From Candidatus Melainabacteria bacterium 17Bon1m (lineage in GTDB: Bacteria > Cyanobacteriota > Vampirovibrionia > Obscuribacterales > Obscuribacteraceae), in contig JAVLKG010000001.1 of NCBI GenBank assembly GCA_032128875.1, positions 1,081,453-1,145,452 of the forward strand: a DNA stretch of 64,000 nt, in the 5' to 3' direction. Below the pieces are notes generated by a model. It was not told the origin of the DNA. It did no database searches and saw nothing but the letters and a program-made list of their open reading frames with translations. Numbering within the stretch: the first letter of the stretch is position 1; the number at the start of each line of letters is the position of its first letter. Shown here one piece after another: positions 28,765 through 38,624 of this stretch. A program made the translations under genes and the position numbers.

Positions 28765-29994
28765 ATGGCCAAGCCACAAGGAAATCACGTCCAGTTGTTG
28801 ATTGGCACCCGCAAGGGCGCCTTTACGCTCACATCGGATCCGGTGCGTTCAACCTGGAAACTTGAAGGACCACTGTATTTGGGTCACATCGTTTACCACT
28901 ACATGGTCGATCCTCGTGACGCCAGTTCGCAGATTATGGCGATGAAGGCTGGGCACCTTGGACCGACCGTCTTCTTTTCGAAAGATGGTGGCAAAACATG
29001 GAAAGAATCCTCGAAGCCGCCGCAATTTCCGAAGGCAGTTACACACGAAAACGGCAAGCCAGACCCTGACAAGAATATTGCCGAGATGGATGCGGATAAG
29101 AGTGGAGAAACGGGAAAGGAAGGCGGAGCGGACGGAAAGAAAGATGGCAGCGCAGTAAGTGTTGTTTTCTGGCTGTCTCCTGGGCATGAAACCCAACCTG
29201 GTGTTTGGTACGCAGGTTCTGCACCACCCGGTATGTTTATCACCACAGATGGTGGCGATACATGGACGCCGGTCGAGGGTTTTAATAAATACTGCCAGGA
29301 CACAGACGGCTTGCACGGCGAGGGGGAAACACCTGGCGGGCAACTAACACACTCTATTCTCATCGACCCGCGTGATCCGAATCACATGTACGTTTCAATT
29401 TCAGTCGGTGGAACATTCGAATCCCACGACGCCGGCGCGACCTGGAAGCCTTTGAATAAGGGCGTTGAAGCTGAGTGGCTGCCTGACCCGGAAGCCGAAC
29501 ACGGACACGATCCCCACTTTGTTGTAATGCATCCGGCAGATCCGGATCGTCTCTATCAGCAAAATCACTGCGGAATCTATCGCATGGATAGAAAGGACGG
29601 CAAGTGGATTCGAGTTGGAAACAACATGCCGAAAGAAATCGGCGATATCGGCTTTCCTATTGTTACTCATCCGCACGATGTTAATCGGGCCTGGGTTTTT
29701 CCAATGGATGGAACAACCGTGTGGCCACGCACTAGTCCAGGTGGAAGACCTGCAGTGTATGAAACTACTGACGCAGGCGAATCCTGGCACCGTCATGATC
29801 TTGGCTTGCCGACAGAGCACGGCTATTTCACCGTGAAGCGCCAGGCGATGTGTGCAGATGCTCAACTGCCTATGGGGCTTTACTTTGGCACCACTGGTGG
29901 TGAGATCTGGGGAAGTCTGGACGAAGGAAAAAGCTTTGACTGTATTGTCAGGCACTTGCCCGAGATCTACTCAATTACTGCGACTCTGGTTTAG
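28765..29994 (+). CDS. BNR/Asp-box beta-propeller protein (sialidase-like fold), cytoplasmic
   Basis: Asp-boxes SKDGGKTW, TTDGGDTW, SHDAGATW, TTDAGESW, SLDEGKSF; IGTRKGAF, HDPH, YQQNHCGIYR; no signal peptide. Confidence 0.88.
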   Translation: MAKPQGNHVQLLIGTRKGAFTLTSDPVRSTWKLEGPLYLGHIVYHYMVDPRDASSQIMAMKAGHLGPTVFFSKDGGKTWKESSKPPQFPKAVTHENGKPDPDKNIAEMDADKSGETGKEGGADGKKDGSAVSVVFWLSPGHETQPGVWYAGSAPPGMFITTDGGDTWTPVEGFNKYCQDTDGLHGEGETPGGQLTHSILIDPRDPNHMYVSISVGGTFESHDAGATWKPLNKGVEAEWLPDPEAEHGHDPHFVVMHPADPDRLYQQNHCGIYRMDRKDGKWIRVGNNMPKEIGDIGFPIVTHPHDVNRAWVFPMDGTTVWPRTSPGGRPAVYETTDAGESWHRHDLGLPTEHGYFTVKRQAMCADAQLPMGLYFGTTGGEIWGSLDEGKSFDCIVRHLPEIYSITATLV

Positions 29995-30012
29995 CTTTCG
30001 GGAGCGAACATC

Positions 30013-30273
30013 GTGCTAGTACACATTCCCAGCCCGCTGCGTTCCTATACCAATGGGGCTTCAAAAGTCGAAGCGGAAGGCACAAGTGTTGATGAAATGC
30101 TCGATCATTTGGACAAACAATTTCCAGGTATCAAGTTTCGTATGATTGATGAGCAAAGCCGGATGCGTCAGCACATCAGGATCTTCGTTAACAAAGACAC
30201 TGTGGAAACCGTAAAAGCACCGCTCAAATCAGCCGACGAAGTGCGCATCATCTGCGCCCTTTCCGGAGGGTAG
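30013..30273 (+). CDS. MoaD/ThiS-family ubiquitin-like sulfur carrier
   Basis: 86 aa, IPSPLRSYT..IFVN, C-terminal ALSGG. Confidence 0.92.
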   Translation: MLVHIPSPLRSYTNGASKVEAEGTSVDEMLDHLDKQFPGIKFRMIDEQSRMRQHIRIFVNKDTVETVKAPLKSADEVRIICALSGG

Positions 30274-30279
30274 GGCTCG

Positions 30280-31023
30280 ATGTTTCTTTCTCGACTAGTT
30301 GATTGGAAACCCTTATGTGTCTTTTTGACAATTTGTTATTTTGCAAGTTGCTTGCCTTCAATCGCATCGTTCATCACCATAGTCTACGTACTACCGAAGA
30401 CCAAGTTTGAAGAATATTGCAAAATAGCGGAACTAGTACCTAAGTCGCAAGCGCCGGAACGGTCATTAGTCCCGATGATTGCGGTCGCTGGCAGAAGATC
30501 AGAAACGCTCAAAGAGAAGCGGCTGCGTGAACGTGCTGATCGCGCCCAGAAATTTCTTGATGTAAACGGAAAAGAGCCGTACAAATACAATTGGTCTGGA
30601 ATTGTTCTTATGGAAGTTCTAAAGACGCTAAAAGAAGTGAACGGTATAGATCTTATGGAGCGCTCCATTCGAAATCCAGATGATTACTATGATTGGTATG
30701 TCTTCGATGAAGGCATTAAGACCAAATATCTCGATAAGCTGAATCCGAGCAATTTCACTGCAAAGGGACTTGAAGCGTCTTTCATCGCAAACGAAAAACG
30801 AGAGCGCGAAGAGACCAAAAGAGATTTTCAAATTCGCAGCGAAGAACTGTTAACGAAAGGAAAAATTACCAAGGAGCAGCTGAAGCAACTAGTTGGTACT
30901 ATGGAAGTTCAGGAAGCATTTCCGGAAAGGGGTAAAGCCATGATGGATTCCGTTATTTTCCTCCACCGGTATTTGCAATTTGCTGACCGCAATAATATGG
31001 TGATCTTACAGATCGTACAGTAA
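30280..31023 (+). CDS. Hypothetical protein, possible signal peptide
   Basis: 247-aa ORF starting 6 nt after the moaD-like stop; hydrophobic N-terminus. Confidence 0.65.
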   Translation: MFLSRLVDWKPLCVFLTICYFASCLPSIASFITIVYVLPKTKFEEYCKIAELVPKSQAPERSLVPMIAVAGRRSETLKEKRLRERADRAQKFLDVNGKEPYKYNWSGIVLMEVLKTLKEVNGIDLMERSIRNPDDYYDWYVFDEGIKTKYLDKLNPSNFTAKGLEASFIANEKREREETKRDFQIRSEELLTKGKITKEQLKQLVGTMEVQEAFPERGKAMMDSVIFLHRYLQFADRNNMVILQIVQ

Positions 31024-31041
31024 AAAAACGTTGGTTTGCGG

Positions 31042-31953
31042 TTATCTCTCTTTGAGGGAAAAAACAGACTTGGCGTAGCGGTATAGTTCTATGTCGAAAG
31101 AGTTCAATGTTTCGATGAGTTTAATTGCCTCAGGGTCTACTTCTTGCAGGCTTTTTCGATCTGCGTTGATGTTCAATTTTTCTTCTTCTGTATTCCAACC
31201 AAATTGTTTGCTAACGAATGGAAGAAATTCGCTGTACTCGTCAGTGAAGCCAACAAAATCGAAGTGATGCAGCAAATTGTTTTTTGCACTCTCAAGCATT
31301 TCCTGTGTGCAGGCACCCCAAGTTATGCTGTTTGTGTCGCATCCTGTAAGCATTCGCAGCATAGGATTGTCGGTCGTAAGATCGAACCTTGACTGCGCAA
31401 AATCCACCAGCGACATGTTTCTCTCCACTATCTGCTTTCCAATTGGATTTGCGTCGGCGATGCTGCGCAGGTAGTAGTAGAGAGAAACCAGTCGGTCGAC
31501 CGGTTCGCGCAGTATCGTCACGTAACAGCATTCACGCTTTAAGAGCTGATCTATGCGCAGATAAAACGAGCTGTGTCCTGTTACCGCTTGCAGATTCTCC
31601 AACCGCTCGTTCAAGGAACTTTGAAGTGCTTCTCTGTCATGAAGCTGTTCGCTAGGAATCTCATACAGAGCGCCGCCTTTGTAGTTCTTATACAAAGTTC
31701 CAGCAAAGCTGCTTCCTGCTGTCTTTGGAATATGTATGAAGACGATTAGCGGCAGCTCTGAAGTCTTTGAATAGCCTTTGACTGCATCGAGTTGGAAACG
31801 ATTCTGGCGCGCGGTCCACTGCTCATTTAGATTTGCAGTTATTAGTCTGGCAAGGCGCTCTTTGTAATTCTGCTCTCTAAGCGCGGCTTTCAAGCTGTCA
31901 TTGCTGCTCGGCTTGAAATAGAGGCGCTTCAGTGAGTTCAATGATTTCAACAT
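31042..31953 (-). CDS. Sulfotransferase family 2 protein
   Basis: 5'-PSB motif FIHIPKTAGSS, 3'-PB motif LREPVDRLVSLYYY, DIELYRYA. Confidence 0.88.
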   Translation of the reverse strand: MLKSLNSLKRLYFKPSSNDSLKAALREQNYKERLARLITANLNEQWTARQNRFQLDAVKGYSKTSELPLIVFIHIPKTAGSSFAGTLYKNYKGGALYEIPSEQLHDREALQSSLNERLENLQAVTGHSSFYLRIDQLLKRECCYVTILREPVDRLVSLYYYLRSIADANPIGKQIVERNMSLVDFAQSRFDLTTDNPMLRMLTGCDTNSITWGACTQEMLESAKNNLLHHFDFVGFTDEYSEFLPFVSKQFGWNTEEEKLNINADRKSLQEVDPEAIKLIETLNSFDIELYRYAKSVFSLKER

Positions 31954-31965
31954 GGTGCTTTGCGT

Positions 31966-33312
31966 TTAGTATCTTGGCATTGAGCGATCTACATCTAACG
32001 CCCACGCGGTGATTCCACCTGTGAGGTTGCGGACTTTCTTGAAGCCGTTTCTCCTCATGACACTGGCGGCGTGATGGCTGCGAACTCCAGCGTGGCAATA
32101 GACAACGATGTCCTCATTCTTGTCCAGCTCGTTCATCCTGCGTTCTAATTCAGGAAGCGGAATCAAATGTGAGTTGGCGAGATTGCATATCATTGTTTCT
32201 TCGATGCTGCGAACATCCAGCAAATAAGGGCTCTTTCCTGCCTTTATAAGATCGCTAAGTTCGGTTGCGCTGATTGCCGTTGGGAAAGTATCCTCAGCAT
32301 CACGCGATTGATTTTTGCTCGGCACTTCAGTTTTTTCCTTATCGTTTTTCTTAGATTCGGAATTCTTTTCGGAAGAACAAACGAAGTTGGTTTCTTCCAA
32401 AGTCGTGATGCTTGGCTTTTCTCCGCAGAGTGGGCATTTTACATTGCGCTTCAGATTTACAGTGTCGAAGTTTGCTTCCAATGCATCATATAAAAGCAAG
32501 CGACCCAACAGTGTCTGTCCTTTGCCGAGCAATAACTTTATTGCTTCAGCCGCTTGAATAGAGCCGATTACTCCGGCAAGAACACCGAGAACACCGCCTT
32601 CTGCACAGTTTGGAACCGCACCTGTTTCAGGTGGATCGGGGTAGATGCAGCGGTAACAGGGACCGTGCGGTGGATAGAAAACGGTTGCTTGACCTTCGAA
32701 ACGGAAGATCGAGCCGTACACCAGCGGTTTTTTTCCTAAAACACAAGCATCATTGACGAGATATCGCGTTTGGAAATTGTCCGTGCCATCAATAACTACG
32801 TCGTAGTTTGAAATCAACTTGAGAGCGTTGTCTACCGATATACGCTCCTCATGCACTATAACATTGACCTCAGGATTCACTTCCAGCAAGCGAGCTCTTG
32901 CTGACTGCGTTTTTTTCTTGCCTACATTCTCTGTCGAATGCAGAATCTGCCGCTGCAGATTCGAGAGTTCAACCGAGTCGAAATCAACGATTCCGATAGT
33001 TCCAACCCCCGCGGCCGCGAGATACAGGCTAATAGGCGAACCCAAGCCGCCCATGCCGATGACGAGCGCACGCGACTGTTTCAACCTGAGCTGACCTTCT
33101 TTACCGACTTCTTCGAGGAGAAGATGTCGGCTGTATCTGGTCAATTCAGAGGAGGAAAGTGTATCTGCCGCGCACTGGGAGGCTGTTCCACACTTCGAGT
33201 CTGTTTCAGGGTTTGAATTGGACTTTGATTGAGTCATATGCGTGCTAAATAACCGTGGATTCGACTGCTGCAGCTCAGCTGAGGGCGATTTCGTCTTGAG
33301 AAGTGAAATCAT
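31966..33312 (-). CDS. moeB: MoeB/MoeZ E1-like adenylyltransferase with C-terminal rhodanese
   Basis: RYSRH, GMGGLGS, SNLQRQ, DGTDNF, CYRC, NCAEGGVLG, CPLC, rhodanese YCHAGVRS; start may be further downstream. Confidence 0.93.
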   Translation of the reverse strand: MISLLKTKSPSAELQQSNPRLFSTHMTQSKSNSNPETDSKCGTASQCAADTLSSSELTRYSRHLLLEEVGKEGQLRLKQSRALVIGMGGLGSPISLYLAAAGVGTIGIVDFDSVELSNLQRQILHSTENVGKKKTQSARARLLEVNPEVNVIVHEERISVDNALKLISNYDVVIDGTDNFQTRYLVNDACVLGKKPLVYGSIFRFEGQATVFYPPHGPCYRCIYPDPPETGAVPNCAEGGVLGVLAGVIGSIQAAEAIKLLLGKGQTLLGRLLLYDALEANFDTVNLKRNVKCPLCGEKPSITTLEETNFVCSSEKNSESKKNDKEKTEVPSKNQSRDAEDTFPTAISATELSDLIKAGKSPYLLDVRSIEETMICNLANSHLIPLPELERRMNELDKNEDIVVYCHAGVRSHHAASVMRRNGFKKVRNLTGGITAWALDVDRSMPRY

Positions 33313-33446
33313 AGCAGGCGCGACCTGCCAATAGGTTTGTGAACTGTATGGGTGCCACTCTCATGTGTTTCATTGTGCGCTAAAGTGCGTTAAGTGTCTG
33401 GGCGCCAGCGCCCGCCGAAAATCATTAAGATGGGAAATCGCAAGAG

Positions 33447-33833
33447 ATGGAAAAGGCCAATATAATCGCTGCCTGGATTGCCATTCTCGTTGGATTTTTC
33501 GCCGGAGTCATACCAGGGCTGTTTTTCCATGACGAAGAATGGATGGGCGGCTATTCCAGCTGGCCGCGGCGGCTAATGCGCCTGGGCCATGTTTCATTCT
33601 TCGGCATCGCTTTCGTTAACTTCGCATTCGCTTTTACAGTCGGACACCTCCAGTTGACGGGCGATTTGGTTAAGACCTCGTCCATCCTATTTATCGTTGC
33701 GCAGATTGCCATGCCAACAATCTGCTATGGAGCATCACTTAAGAAAGTGTTGCGCAACCTGTTTTTCATCCCTGTGCTCAGCCTTATTATTGGCGCATCA
33801 GCACTTTTGGTTGCCATTTTTCAGGGGCGCTAA
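33447..33833 (+). CDS. Small integral membrane protein (4 TM)
   Basis: Hydrophobic segments around GGYSSWPRRLMRLGH. Confidence 0.75.
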   Translation: MEKANIIAAWIAILVGFFAGVIPGLFFHDEEWMGGYSSWPRRLMRLGHVSFFGIAFVNFAFAFTVGHLQLTGDLVKTSSILFIVAQIAMPTICYGASLKKVLRNLFFIPVLSLIIGASALLVAIFQGR

Positions 33834-33835
33834 GC

Positions 33836-35176
33836 TTGAAAATTGCACTTATATCAATGAATGGGATTCGCGCCAACGACAAGGAATTGTTGCGGCTCGG
33901 TCTGAACTTGCCGGGCTTTGTTGAGCGAAGTCGGGCAATCGCGTCGCTGCCAAGTCTGGGATTACTTACCCTGGGCGCACTTACGCCGTCTGAGCACGAC
34001 CAAACTTACCTTGAAATTCCAGATATTAATGAGATGACAGCTCTGCCAAGCGGGTTTGACCTCGCGGCCATTTCCTGCTTTAGCGCTCAAATCGCTGAAG
34101 CCTATCAACTTGCAGACCGGCTTAGATTGGCAGGGACGAAAGTTGTTATGGGCGGCAATCATGTCTCTAGCGAAACCGAAGAAGCGCTGGAGCACGCGGA
34201 TTGCGTGATGATTGGAGAGGGTGAACTCTTTTGGCAGACGATGCTTTCAGATGCTGAATCTGGCTGTTTGAAGGAAACATACGGCAGCATGTTCGGAAAT
34301 TTCAACCTTTCAGACTCCCCTCTGCCTGCGTATAAGCTTCTGAAACCCGAGAAATATAATCGGGTCACTTTGCAAACGAGTCGGGGCTGTCCAATGCGCT
34401 GCGAGTTCTGCGCAAGCTCTGTTCTCTACACCAGGCGCTACAAGCAAAAGCCGAAAGAGCTTGTGATTGCTGAGATGCAGCAGTTGAAAGCACTTTTTCC
34501 TAGACCATTTATTGAATTTGTTGATGACAATGCTTTTGTTGATCGACGTTACTGGAAAGAACTTTTGCCTGAAATTGCTGAGCAGGATGTGCGGTGGTTT
34601 GCTGAAACGGATGTTTCTGTTGCTGATGATCCGGAAATGCTCGAATCTATGCGTTTGGCGGGCTGCAAGCAGGTCTTGATTGGCTTTGAAAGCCCTATTG
34701 AAGAAGGGTTGAATGGTTTGGAACTCAATTCCAATTGGAAAGCAAAGCGATGGAAAAAGTATAAGCAAGCAATCCAGCGAATCCAATCGCACGGTATTCG
34801 AGTCATTGCGTGTTTTATGGTCGGGCTTGATGGTCAAGGAGAAGAAATCTTTCCCGCAATCCTCGATTTCGTTCGCGAAGCGACTCCGTTTGACGTGCAA
34901 ATTACCGTCCCTACTGCATTTCCGGGAACTCCTTATTACCGTCGGCTGCTCGCAGAAGGTCGTTTGATTGAGCCAAGAGCATGGAGTAAGTGCACTCTTT
35001 TCGATGTCAATTTCAGACCGACAAATATGACAGCAGATGAGCTATCTAGCGGCTTTCGAAGGCTCGGGGTAGAACTCTACGGCGACGATATGATGAAACA
35101 TCGCCGAGAAGGTTTCATGCGCCAATGGAAAGATAATATAATTTGCCGGAGGCGTGCGCACCGAGAGGCAATATGA
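33836..35176 (+). CDS. B12-binding-domain radical SAM protein
   Basis: LPSLGLLTL, VVMGGNH, IGEGE, TSRGCPMRCEFC, FVDDN, IGFES, FPGTP. Confidence 0.92.
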   Translation: MKIALISMNGIRANDKELLRLGLNLPGFVERSRAIASLPSLGLLTLGALTPSEHDQTYLEIPDINEMTALPSGFDLAAISCFSAQIAEAYQLADRLRLAGTKVVMGGNHVSSETEEALEHADCVMIGEGELFWQTMLSDAESGCLKETYGSMFGNFNLSDSPLPAYKLLKPEKYNRVTLQTSRGCPMRCEFCASSVLYTRRYKQKPKELVIAEMQQLKALFPRPFIEFVDDNAFVDRRYWKELLPEIAEQDVRWFAETDVSVADDPEMLESMRLAGCKQVLIGFESPIEEGLNGLELNSNWKAKRWKKYKQAIQRIQSHGIRVIACFMVGLDGQGEEIFPAILDFVREATPFDVQITVPTAFPGTPYYRRLLAEGRLIEPRAWSKCTLFDVNFRPTNMTADELSSGFRRLGVELYGDDMMKHRREGFMRQWKDNIICRRRAHREAI

Positions 35177-35583
35177 GCGAAAAGGAACTGAAAACGATAT
35201 CGGCACTATTTTATTTCAGTTCTGCTTACGACTTTGTACTCGGTGTTGTTTTTTTGCTGGTGGCACCTTGGTTCTTTCGTGTATTTGTTGTCGATCCGCC
35301 CAATCACTGGGGATACATTCAATTTCCCGCATTGCTGCTGATTCTGTTTGGAATTATGTTCTATCAAATTGCTGAAAATCCCAGAGCCAACCGCAATTTA
35401 ATTCCGTACGGATGTCTTCTAAAAGCATCGTACTGCTCTGTTGTTGCATTGCACACTTTTGTTTTTGCCAATATGCCGGACATGTGGAAACCCTTTGCTA
35501 TAGCAGATTTCCTTATGCTTTTAGGCTTTCTTTGGTCGTACACGAAACTCGATCCGAAAAGAATATCTTCGACAGATTTTTGA
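35173..35583 (+). CDS. Small integral membrane protein (4 TM)
   Basis: ATGA overlap with the radical SAM stop, GAGG upstream; four hydrophobic segments. Confidence 0.78.
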   Translation: MSEKELKTISALFYFSSAYDFVLGVVFLLVAPWFFRVFVVDPPNHWGYIQFPALLLILFGIMFYQIAENPRANRNLIPYGCLLKASYCSVVALHTFVFANMPDMWKPFAIADFLMLLGFLWSYTKLDPKRISSTDF

Positions 35584-35610
35584 AATATGTCTGAGCAGTG
35601 ATGCAATGTC

Positions 35611-36018
35611 TTAGATGATGGAAAGCCTTGCTTTGCGCACGATCTCGTCTCGCCACCTTTGGATTTGAGTGGTATCAACACCCAATTCACAACTGATTTG
35701 CTGGTGGCTTAAGCCTTCACCAATGAGCATCAACAAGTCGATGTCACTGTCGCTCAAGACACCTTCGCCTACATTTGCATCAACGATTGTGTGAGCGTAG
35801 CACGGCGAGAGCAGCTGCTCGCCTTGTACGCAATGCGTCGGTTTATAAGCATTCGACCTTTGCGACGCTCTGCAAATCAAATTATTGATTTTGACAATAT
35901 TGTCTATAAGGGCTCCCAGATCTTTATGAGCGTCCGGCTCTTTGACTAAATAACTCATTCTTATTGATCGCTTGCGTGGCTTGCAACACTCCTGTCCCAT
36001 GAGTTTGAATTCACGCAA
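35611..36018 (-). CDS. Hypothetical protein with LuxR-like C-terminal HTH
   Basis: LSDSDIDLLMLIGEGLSHQQISCELGV resembles a LuxR HTH; start uncertain. Confidence 0.55.
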   Translation of the reverse strand: MREFKLMGQECCKPRKRSIRMSYLVKEPDAHKDLGALIDNIVKINNLICRASQRSNAYKPTHCVQGEQLLSPCYAHTIVDANVGEGVLSDSDIDLLMLIGEGLSHQQISCELGVDTTQIQRWRDEIVRKARLSII

Positions 36019-36333
36019 TTGCCCCCCCTAGGGTCAAAATAGCTCACTGGCATTGCGTCCGCCTATTACCAGAAAGAGTGATTTCTCTTCGGTGAAAATC
36101 GAAGTTGGCGAGAAGAATTCAGGCGCACAAAAACGCTGCTAAATTCTTGCTGCTATTACCTTCCATCGATAAGTAACCAATACTTATGGGTGAAGGAACA
36201 ATTCGTACCAATAGGGACTGTGCAAGTTTTCGACCCTCACACTTTTATGCAGAAAAAAGGTAAGTCAACGAGTTTTGAATACGCACATTGACTAGAGTTC
36301 GTTGAAAGCAAAAAGGCGATTGACTTTCTGACT

Positions 36334-36918
36334 CTATGTCATCTGCTTGAGTAGTGCGCGAAGAGCTGCTGTATCAGCGCGTTTCATTGGTTTGTTTGTG
36401 ACGGACGAATAGAGGACTGTGTCTCTCCAACTCCACGGGTAGACTGTAATTTCGACTGGGTATTCTCGCTCGTACCATTTCAAATGCACAAAACGGCCTT
36501 TGCGATTGTCCACCAACTCTACGTCGACATCCTCGTAACCCCAGTCTTCAAGCTGGTTTTGCAGCATGGTGTAGTCATCGCTGTAAGCGTGCAGATCGAT
36601 ATCGGAGCTGTCTCGAATTTGTCCAGATAGTGTACTGCCGATGAGAAAAGGATCTGAGTCTTCTATTACTTGCATTATTTCCAGCGCGATTTCGCGCATC
36701 TCTCGAATGCGACGTTTTACCTCATCGTGTCCTAACTGGCTGGCGGTGAGTAATGCGATACATTCTTTTATTTTTTTGTTGGACGGCAAATGACTATTGC
36801 TGGAAAGACCGAGCATCGATATGGCACGCTCCTTCGCGTGCAGATATTCTGCTTCCGCTCCTTCAACAATAAATCGAGCCGCCTCCTCTGCGACTCTGCG
36901 TCTTTCTTTTTTTGGCAT
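36334..36918 (-). CDS. Pol-beta-superfamily nucleotidyltransferase domain protein
   Basis: LIGSTLSG..SSDIDLH (hGS..DxD) after an N-terminal helical region with LPSN. Confidence 0.8.
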   Translation of the reverse strand: MPKKERRRVAEEAARFIVEGAEAEYLHAKERAISMLGLSSNSHLPSNKKIKECIALLTASQLGHDEVKRRIREMREIALEIMQVIEDSDPFLIGSTLSGQIRDSSDIDLHAYSDDYTMLQNQLEDWGYEDVDVELVDNRKGRFVHLKWYEREYPVEITVYPWSWRDTVLYSSVTNKPMKRADTAALRALLKQMT

Positions 36919-37016
36919 AAATTTGCAAGTCGAATACTTGCTTTCAGGGCGCTACCGGCCATCGCTGCCGGACATCCGAGACTTCCGCAACTTTTAGTCT
37001 ATCACTCTGCCCAGAA

Positions 37017-37919
37017 TTATCGAAGAGAAGAAAGATGCTTAACAGTGCGCTCGCCTTCTTCCTCTAGAGTGACCGACGAAGGCGATACCGCTATGACATT
37101 CAGAAAGTCGACAGTGTCCCCGGGCGACAGTGCAAGGGTTTTCGGCAGCCTGTATGTGCGCCTTAAATTTTGATCTGTGACCGACATGAAAGCTTTGTCA
37201 CCGAGAATACCAACCAGCTTTAGATGTTTTGCTATGGAAGGCTTTTCTGGAGGCGTGGGTAGCTCTGAAAGAGGAAGTGACTCGCCTTGTGCGCCGGAAA
37301 GAATAGGAGGAGGGGGCGGCGGAATTCCGTCTATTGGAGGCGGAGGGATGAGTCCGGTCTTGTGGCTGGAATGCTTCTCTTCCTCAGGTTTGCTCAGCCT
37401 GCGCTCGCCAGAGGTTGGAAATGACCGGTATCCGCTGATTGGCGCCAGGGGATCGATTTTTCCGGCACTTTCTCTAGCCATTGGCGCTGCCTGTTCGCGT
37501 GTAATTGCAGGCAGAGCATAGGCTGATTGAGTGGAGAGAGCTAGTCTTGCCGCAGCAATTTCGGGCGATGTTGTCTTCTCGGTTTCACCCGGCGACATCA
37601 GGTGATTGGGAATGTCTTTGAGAGAATCTTGCAATTTCGCAATATTCGAACCGATCGCATTGGGATCCATTACTTGCGATGCCGTCTTGCTCACGCCGGT
37701 AATGGAATCTGTGATGATGTTTGTAGATGTAGTCGTTGTTACCGTAGTCGTGCTCGTGGCAGCGGCGGCAGCCGGCTTTTGCGCCACACGCTTAGGCGGA
37801 AGCACAGCATTTTGCTCCTCAGCCATTCTGGTTTCATCATTGATGTGATTGATCCACAAGAATGCCCCTCCAATGAGGAGCACACCGGCAGTGACCAGAA
37901 GTATTAATCGGAAAAGCAT
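37017..37919 (-). CDS. PilP/GspC-like membrane-anchored pilus protein
   Basis: N-terminal TM, Pro/Thr-rich linker, C-terminal LKLVGILGDKA..PGDTV..VIAVSPSSVTL beta domain; directly after pilO. Confidence 0.6.
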   Translation of the reverse strand: MLFRLILLVTAGVLLIGGAFLWINHINDETRMAEEQNAVLPPKRVAQKPAAAAATSTTTVTTTTSTNIITDSITGVSKTASQVMDPNAIGSNIAKLQDSLKDIPNHLMSPGETEKTTSPEIAAARLALSTQSAYALPAITREQAAPMARESAGKIDPLAPISGYRSFPTSGERRLSKPEEEKHSSHKTGLIPPPPIDGIPPPPPPILSGAQGESLPLSELPTPPEKPSIAKHLKLVGILGDKAFMSVTDQNLRRTYRLPKTLALSPGDTVDFLNVIAVSPSSVTLEEEGERTVKHLSSLR

Positions 37920-38624
37920 CTAAGGTAAATAATAAACCGAAAGGAGAAAACACATCACAGGTTGGCTAAGCTTCAGCTTTTTCGCCCGATCGGAGGCTTT
38001 GTCTGTTTCAGCTTTGGCCTCTTCTTTAGGAACAGCGATAACTACGTGCGAGACGCCCATGACTCGCTCGTAAGCTTCGATATTGCGGACAAATTGCACC
38101 ATTGAAGCGTAATTGCCTGTCACATAGACTTCTTTGTCAATTTGCTTGAGCCCTAATTCGCTGCCTACATCTGCCGGTTTTGAGGCGAGCGGCGCGGGGG
38201 CGGCTGGTTTTGTTTCTTTAGGCTTCGGTTTTGCTTGCTTGCCTTTCAGATCTTCAAGCATCTCAACCATTTCTTTGCGAGACTCTTTTACATCTTCCGT
38301 GCCCGGTGTTTCAAATCCGATCAAGTCAACGTTGGCTTGTTTAGCCAATCTTTCTAAATCAATCAAAAGCAAATCAACGTTTGCTTCTTTAGGAACTGCG
38401 TTGCGCAATGAAGCAATATCCGCGACAAGAGCTTGTTTTTCTCTATCTATTCGAAGCTTCTCTTTTAGCTTCAAATCGAGCTGCTCTTTTTGCTGCCTGT
38501 GCTGTGTGAGGTCAACCATTTTTGCAGACTCTTCATTTATGCACGGGTAAACGAGCATAGCAAAAACCAGGATGGCAAGCCCATAAATGACAGCGAGAGC
38601 ACCGTACTGAAATCTAGTGAGCAT
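37920..38624 (-). CDS. pilO: Type IV pilus assembly protein PilO
   Basis: TM, coiled coil, VPKEANVDLLLIDLERLA, VTGNYASMVQFVRNIEAYER. Confidence 0.85.
   Translation of the reverse strand: MLTRFQYGALAVIYGLAILVFAMLVYPCINEESAKMVDLTQHRQQKEQLDLKLKEKLRIDREKQALVADIASLRNAVPKEANVDLLLIDLERLAKQANVDLIGFETPGTEDVKESRKEMVEMLEDLKGKQAKPKPKETKPAAPAPLASKPADVGSELGLKQIDKEVYVTGNYASMVQFVRNIEAYERVMGVSHVVIAVPKEEAKAETDKASDRAKKLKLSQPVMCFLLSVYYLP

Noticed and set aside
30280-31953. Possible horizontally acquired island (looks somewhat AT-richer)
   Set aside because: No integrase, transposase or flanking repeats seen, and composition was not quantified.
36020-36120. Minus-strand GGACGCAATGCC resembling part of a c-di-GMP-I riboswitch
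   Set aside because: The upstream GGCAAAC and GNRA-capped stem are not present.
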